Shown: in pieces, positions 57,753 through 64,000 of the stretch
Numbering within the stretch: the stretch's first letter is position 1
Layout of the letters: every line of letters begins with the position of its first letter
From: Chrysomallon squamiferum
Taxonomy: Eukaryota > Animalia > Mollusca
DNA: 64,000 nucleotides
Assembly (NCBI GenBank): GCA_012295275.1
Contig: CM022674.1
Span: forward strand, 3,658,001-3,722,000
Reading direction: 5' to 3'
Position numbers and translations under genes: made by a program
The notes under the pieces: model-generated
Told to the model about the DNA's origin: nothing
The model's input: the letters and a program-made list of their open reading frames with translations, nothing else
Database searches by the model: none

Positions 57753-59404
57753 GCTGTGGTGGTACAGATGGTGGTCGTTGGATTCCAGCAAGTGGGTTCT
57801 GATAAGTGGATACCCCGTAGGAGCTAAGGAGTCCTCCAAGAGAGTTTCTGCCGTAGGCGCGAGTTCCAAGAGGAGCAACTGTTATGGGCGTCAGGGTGGG
57901 TATTATTGGAGGGCAAGGCAAGTTGGGGTCCACCCCACAGGGAGGGAGTGGTGGAGGTAAGAGGGGAGGGAGGAGCGGACCAATCACAATGACGGTTGGT
58001 TTCCCGCTGGATGCCGGGGTTGTCTTTTTGGGTGAGACTGTCGTCTTCTTCCCAAACCAACTCGGTGGCATTGGGTAAGGTATTAAGATGGGCATGCCCA
58101 TACCGCCCATCGACCCGCCTCCCATACCGCCCATAGACCCGCCTCCCATCCCGCCCATAGACCCGCCTCCCATACCGCCCATAGACCCGCCTCCCATACC
58201 GCCCATAGACCCGCCTCCCATACCGCCCATCGATCCACCGCCCATAGACCCACCACTCATTCCGCCCATAGACCCGCCTCCCATTCCGCCCATGGAACCG
58301 CCTCCCATAGACCCTCCTCCCATACCACCGCCAGACATTACGTTGTTCCGAACATGGCGGGCAGCAGCATCATCATCATCGGCGGCCTCTTCTTCATCTG
58401 GCTGGTCGGGTACTTCTTCTGGTACGACGGCGGTAGATACGCCTTGTTGAAGTACTTCGACTGAACCTGCTGCATGGGCTGCATCGGGTACGTCATCATG
58501 GGCTGCATCGGCTGCATGGGATACATCGGCTGCATGGGATACGACGGCTGAGGCTGGGGATACATCTGTGGCCTCGGGTACGACGGTTGCTGCTGGTACA
58601 TTGGTTGCATTGGCGGTGGCTGGTACTTGGGTTTCGGATAGCTGGGTTTCGGATAGCTCGGTTTCGGATAGCTTGGTTTCGGATAGCTAGGCTGAGGGTA
58701 GCTCGGATACATGGGCGGGGGTGGGGTGGAGGTGGAGGTGGAGGTGGAGGTGGAGGGGTGGGGGCGGTTGGTACTTAGGCTGCTGGTACACCGGTTGCAT
58801 CGGAGGCGGTTGATACTGAGGCTTAGGATACGTCGGCCGCTGGGGCTGCATGGGGGGCGGGGGGCGGTATTTTGGCTTTGGGGGTGGGGGTGGTGGTGGG
58901 GGGGGGGGTGGTGCCGGTTTGTGATACACAGGTTGCATAGGCGGGCGCTGAGGCTGCATCATGGGTGGTGGCTGGGGCCTCATTGGAGGGGGCGGGGGTG
59001 GCTGCGGCCTCATGGGGGGAGGTGGAGGGGGAGGCTGGGGCCTCATCGGGGGAGGAGGTGGGGGGGTGGTGGCTGCATCACCGGCGGCTGCGGCTGCGGC
59101 TTCGGCTTGTAGCTGGGCGGTTTAGGGGGAGGGGCGTAAGGGTAGGCGGGCTCCGAATTGTAGGCGGGCTGCGCCCCTGCACCGCACCCCGCGTTAGACG
59201 GCCAGTCGCAGACGCTGAGGCTCGGGTTGAAGTGCAGGTTGCCCGGGCAGTCAAAGCGAATGGCCTTGTTGTGCACGCAGCGGTAGAAGACGTTGCAGTT
59301 GCTGCTGTCGGGCAGGAAGCCGAGGTCGTCGGCGTTGTTGCAGTCGACGCCTGCTGTCTGCTGCGCCGAGGAGCTCCATGATCCTGCCGTGGCACGCGAG
59401 ACAA
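57753..59404 (-). CDS. Chitin-binding protein exon 2: peritrophin-A/CBM14 domain, Pro/Gln/Tyr/Lys/Met-rich region, Gly-Met repeat, Pro/Thr linker (apparent frameshifts)
   Basis: tttccag acceptor and C|GTAAGT donor. C-x14-C-x5-C-x9-C-x12-C-x7-C with FYRC, LHFN and CDWP at 59342-59184. The four track ORFs join into one frame if one base is added at each of G7 59060-66, G4 58755-58, G4 58723-26 and about 58346. Confidence 0.85.
58094..58338 (-). repeat. Coding 24-bp (and 15-bp) tandem repeat encoding (MGGMGGGS)n
   Basis: Unit ATGGGCGGTATGGGAGGCGGGTCT repeated with mostly synonymous variation. Confidence 0.95.
58620..58712 (-). repeat. Coding 15-bp repeat encoding (PSYPK)n
   Basis: YPSYPQPSYPKPSYPKPSYPKPSYPKPKY; ggtttcggatagct is repeated on the plus strand. 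Confidence 0.9.
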
Positions 59405-59869
59405 CTGGAAAGTGAAAGCGAAAGTAAACGATTGTTGTTTTTAGAAAGTGAAACATGATATATTTGTTGTTTAGACGAATAGAATTAAATTAAACTAGAT
59501 ATTAATAATGATGATGATGATGATGACACTAATAATAATAATAATAATAATAATAATAGTAATAATAATATTAATAATAATAATAATGATAATAAATAAT
59601 TATAATTCTCAGAATTATACTCAGACGAGAAACAAACAAGCAAGCGAAACCACGAATGAATTAATTATCAGGAACTAAAGTTAGGAAAACTAAGACGAGA
59701 AAGAAGGAAAAGAAGAAGGACTAAAACAAATATAGATTAAATAAAGATAATAAAAGAAGAAGAAAAAAAAACAGCAAAATAAAATCTAAGAGTCAGAATA
59801 GCTTCTGAATTACTGTTAATAATGACTAAGCCTAAGCAAGAAAATATTATTTAAAATCGTTAATCCAAA

Positions 59870-60300
59870 AAAACGGAACAATTATTTAGTTTTTCACTCA
59901 CAAAAAAGGAAACATTATTTTCAATTATTACTCATAATAAAATAGAGATTATTATTTAAAATTGTCATTCATAAAAACGCCACATTATTTAAATCTTTTA
60001 CTAAAAAGAAACGGTACATTATTAAAGAGCATTCTTTAAAAAAATAAAAATAAATAAAAAAATAAAAAAACATTGCATTTATGTAAGGGCAATCTTAAAT
60101 ATTTAACAGTATTATTCATAATAAACGGAACGTAACTTAAGAATTTTCCCTACAAGAAACGTAACATTATTCAAAATAGCTACTCATAAGAAAGAGAATA
60201 CATAATTTAGCTAAAATATTTATTCATAAGAAAGAGAACATTATTTACAAAAAATTATTTCACATCAGAAAGGACACACATAATTATTTAAAATTCTTGA
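59870..60300. repeat. Degenerate minisatellite (about 35-40 bp unit) in intron 1 of the chitin-binding gene
   Basis: Recurrent acattattt.aaa...tt.ctcataa(g)aaa units. Confidence 0.55.
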
Positions 60301-60512
60301 TTATAGAAAAATAAAACAAAAAATCGTAAGGAAAGAAATATCTCAACGGAGATAAAATCGAACGTTAAATATAAATATAGATTATACTGATATCGATATT
60401 TTATTTATTTATTTATTTAAAAAAATTAATAACTATTAATATACAGATATTGAATGAAGAAAAGCTCTACCAAAACCCTAGAAGCTACTTTATTTTACTT
60501 TATTTTATTTAC

Positions 60513-60543
<31 letters not shown>

Positions 60544-61371
60544 CTTCATTTACTTAAATACTCATCCATTTGTTTACTTCAGTATTTATGTATTTATTTG
60601 CTTATTTATTCATTCATTCATTCATTCATTTAATGTCAGTATTTATTTATTTACTTATTTCAGTTTTAGCAGCGAAGAATTGTTTATGTCATTATATCAA
60701 CATTTTTGAAGATTAAAAGAAAAAGAAAAGGAAAAGAAAAAGAAAAAAAAAAGTCCCAAAAATGGGCGTTAAGAACAATCGATCTTGATACATATGGTGT
60801 GTCAGCTATGCGTTTTAACCACTGAGCCAAAACTCACCTCGCAAAAATCAAAGAAATATCGTTCAAATTTTTTCTTAGAAGTTAGCGAAAATTTTATTTA
60901 CTTTTTTTTTTTTAAACTTAAGTGAAAAAGTCATAAAATTATTTGGTAATTGTTACTTAAGATGGGGTAGATTGTAAAAACAGAAAAAAATAGTGCTTTT
61001 TAAATATATCATTTTTAATTTCAACGTTTTCGTTAACTTTTAAAATTTAAACATAATAAAAAATACATTTTCGAAACAACAACACTGAGCATAAAAGACA
61101 CACATGAATTTTAAACAAAATATAACAAATGAAAACCATAGTCACTAAAATTTATAATAAATAAAAATAAATACATATGATATTTTTACTTATTACTTAC
61201 ATAAGTAACAGAAGTAGAAAAAAATATAATAAAATGAAATAATGTAAATAAAAACAAAATAAACAAATAAATAAATAAATTAAAATTTTAAAAATTAAAA
61301 ATTTTAAAAATTTTAAAATTTTTTAAAAATTAGAATTAAAAATAAATAAACAAACAAACAAATATACTTAC

Positions 61372-61411
61372 ATAATATGAAAACAACAGAGGCTACACAC
61401 AAAGTCCCCAT
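61372..61411 (-). CDS. Secreted chitin-binding modular protein, coding exon 1 (signal peptide MGTLCVASVVFIL)
   Basis: aaaATGG start and T|GTAAGT phase-1 donor. Joins the phase-1 acceptor at 59404 to give MGTLCVASVVFILFVSRATA-GSW, a hydrophobic signal with an AxA site. An upstream acceptor at 61440-61438 implies a further 5' UTR exon. Confidence 0.7.
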
Positions 61412-61489
61412 TTTACAAAGCCTAACATGTTACGTTTCTGAAAAAATAAAACAACGGTTTCTTTATTTATACTTACGGCCCAAAAAGCC

Positions 61490-61650
61490 GGGTCGCCATT
61501 GTACAGGAAGCAACAGGAAGTAACGACATTACGCGCCAGATCGCACGAGACCGCTAAAATGGCGGCGAGAGGACACGTACACCAAACAACGTTTTCTTGC
61601 TACAGCGACGCACACGGTTTACCGTCGACTACCACACAGGCTTTCGTGTC
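61490..61650. promoter_or_regulatory. CpG-rich promoter-like island
   Basis: Two CAGGAAG (ETS-like) sites at about 61504 and 61514, YY1-like AAAATGGCGGC at about 61556, and a minus-strand GTAAGT donor at 61476. Direction of transcription is unresolved. Confidence 0.4.
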
Positions 61651-62784
61651 GCGTCGTGTTAAGGTTTCAGAATACAAGACTAAACAGATATGCGTTAATT
61701 GACCTCATTTCTTTTGAAATAATGCCCCACGATTTTTCTCGTTGCTGTGGAAAAGCGTTTTTTGCATGGCGAGGTATTTTGTCGAGTTCTGAAACGTTGG
61801 TACGAGATGTCGTTATTTTTTTTTTTAATCGCCTGAGAGATTTAGGTTACCGGGATGTTTTGTTCCTCGAGAAATTATTGGGGAAGTAGGTAAAGTATTC
61901 GTCGTCGTGTATATTGTACGTAGGTATGAAAAAAAGCAGAAGCCAGGTAAATATTTTGAAAACGTGGCAGAGACAGGATGTAAGAAGCTACAGAAAGTTA
62001 GATGATATTATTTTGATGGGTAAGGGTAATTTATTTAATTTTTTTTTTTTTTATCGTGTTTTTCTCAGTTAATAAAATTCCTGTTTCTATTTATTTACTT
62101 CTTTTTTTTTTCTTTTTAAAAAAAATAAAAATAAAATAAAAAAATAAAATAAAAAGTATATAACAGATCATTAATCCAGCTTGTAAGAAAAAAAACTGAA
62201 ATCACCAGAGAACAGGCTGTAATGGTGTTTAATTCTGAGTTTGTTGAGTACCATTTCATTCTTGACTTTTTATTGTTTAAGTAAATATTAAGTCTTGGTC
62301 CAGAATAATCCAAATGTCCGTATATGGTCACTTGCGGTCTCAAGCTTGCCAAATAATGAATCAGATATGTTTAAAATATTTCCCGTTCCAGACAGAGTCT
62401 TTGATTTATAAACTATAGGCCATGATATTAACATTAAAGCTTTCTGGAATATGATGTAGATAAGTTCCTCAATAGACTTTGAAAATTCAACAAAAGGAAG
62501 AAAAAGAATTAATCAGTATGTTTTTCTGGTATTTTTAACTAAATGAAGATATTTGTACAAATACATACATATATGCGTACATACGTACATACATCCTACA
62601 TACACACGTACATACGAACATACATACATATGCATAGATACACGCACACATAAAAACACGCTCACATGTACACACATACTTCCGCGTCTGTTTGTTAGTT
62701 TCATCTTCATATTGTTATTTTGTAGTTGCTATTATTATTATTGTTGTTGTTGTTATTGTTGTCGTCGTTATTATTACTACTGTT

Positions 62785-62834
<50 letters not shown>

Positions 62835-63206
62835 TAATTTCTGTCCTCTTTTACGTTTTTCTTCTTTCTTTTCTTTTGTTTTCTTCGGTTTTGGGTTGTT
62901 TATCAAAATTCATCAACATTAGAAGCTCTGACACAATCAATTCTCAAAACTTTTACCTCGCTACTGTTACTTGATTCCTGGGTTTGCACATCAGATTAAA
63001 AATTTATTATCGAGCATTCAGAAGTTCGTTTTTTGAAAAGCTAATATTATATTATTCTTACTTATTAATTTATTCACGTTCTATTTTTTTTTTTTTTTTT
63101 TTTTTTTTAGTCATGGGTATCTGTGACCTGTTTCAACAAAAGGTATATAAAAAAGAAGGTATTATCGTTTTTGACTTTAAGAACGGTGATTGTAATGTCT
63201 AATTAT

Positions 63207-63267
<61 letters not shown>

Positions 63268-64000
63268 GTATTTTTATTTTCATTCATTATTTAACAATTA
63301 TTTTTGCATCCTTTTAAACGGTAATAAAATGCACGTGCATGCATAAATACATACGCATGCACACCCATAAAAATACATCCTAAGAAGTCTCCAAAGGGAA
63401 AATAAGTGGATATAAAAAAGAGTCAAGGTTAGATAATTTCTTGCGATTGCTTTACGTATATATGTATATGTAAATCATTTTGAAAAACGACAGAATTATA
63501 TAACCACAAAACACAAAAATAAACTATAGTGTTCATTTGATAGGTGATTTCTGGTTTCTACGGAGTTATGTCCCTTAGAGTAAATATTTCTTTCAGCTTT
63601 TGAAGTGTATTATTTTGGAGCTACTCAGTGTAATTTTATTTTTTCGTTTATATTTTAAGTATTTATTAAGCCTGGGTCCCAAAAAAAAAAAAAAAAAAAA
63701 ACAACAAAAAAAACAACAACTCCTTAATATGTTAAATTTATGTTAGTCCTGTTTTGTATGTGATACAATCGTTGTTATCAGTTTATGTGATATTTCTTTT
63801 TGTTGGTTTCTTCCTTTCTTTTTTTTTCGTTCCTTCTTTCTTTTAGTTACAGATTTAGTTTAGTAGTAATATGATACAAATGCGTAAAAATAAAACAAAA
63901 AACTACAAATTTGTTTTTATACAATTTTATTTTTCGTTTTCAAATAAATATATATATTTAAGGTATTTTACATAAGTTATGCCAATAAGAGACGATGCAC

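Noticed and set aside
58088-59381. Plus-strand ORFs (PPIDPPPI repeat, Gly/Arg/Trp-rich ORFs)
   Set aside because: Antisense shadows of the GC-rich repetitive minus-strand exon.
61438-61476. 39-nt intron between the donor at 61476 and acceptor at 61438
   Set aside because: Too short for a typical spliceosomal intron; the true upstream UTR exon is unresolved.
61559-61702. ORF MAARGHVHQTT... from aaaATGGCG on the plus strand
   Set aside because: Short, with no donor before the stop and no recognisable homology; better explained as a YY1-type promoter motif.

Overview
AT-rich eukaryotic genomic DNA saturated with microsatellites. It is almost certainly molluscan because it carries two mollusc-restricted microRNAs; the species cannot be fixed from sequence alone. 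Nearly all ORFs in the supplied track are microsatellite artefacts. Real content, read by hand: (1) a complete 6-exon proteasome beta-1 (PSMB6) gene on the minus strand (3981-8227, 234 aa), with a GC-AG intron and unusual substrate-pocket substitutions; (2) a decayed F-type lectin (fucolectin) gene on the plus strand (about 11.5-12.9 kb), whose core is occupied by a (CTA)n tract; (3) about 44 kb with no recognisable coding exon, holding a two-member microRNA cluster (mir-1984 at 34392, mir-1985 at 43733, both plus strand), several candidate non-coding first exons and promoters, and CRE and nuclear-receptor motif islands; (4) a 3-exon minus-strand gene (56941-61411) for a secreted modular protein of about 630 aa: signal peptide, peritrophin-A/CBM14 chitin-binding domain, Pro/Gln/Tyr/Lys/Met-rich block, Gly-Met repeat, Pro/Thr linker and a small 4-Cys C-terminal domain. 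Its frame is interrupted by about five single-base deletions in homopolymers that look like assembly errors. All family assignments come from recalled motifs, not database searches.
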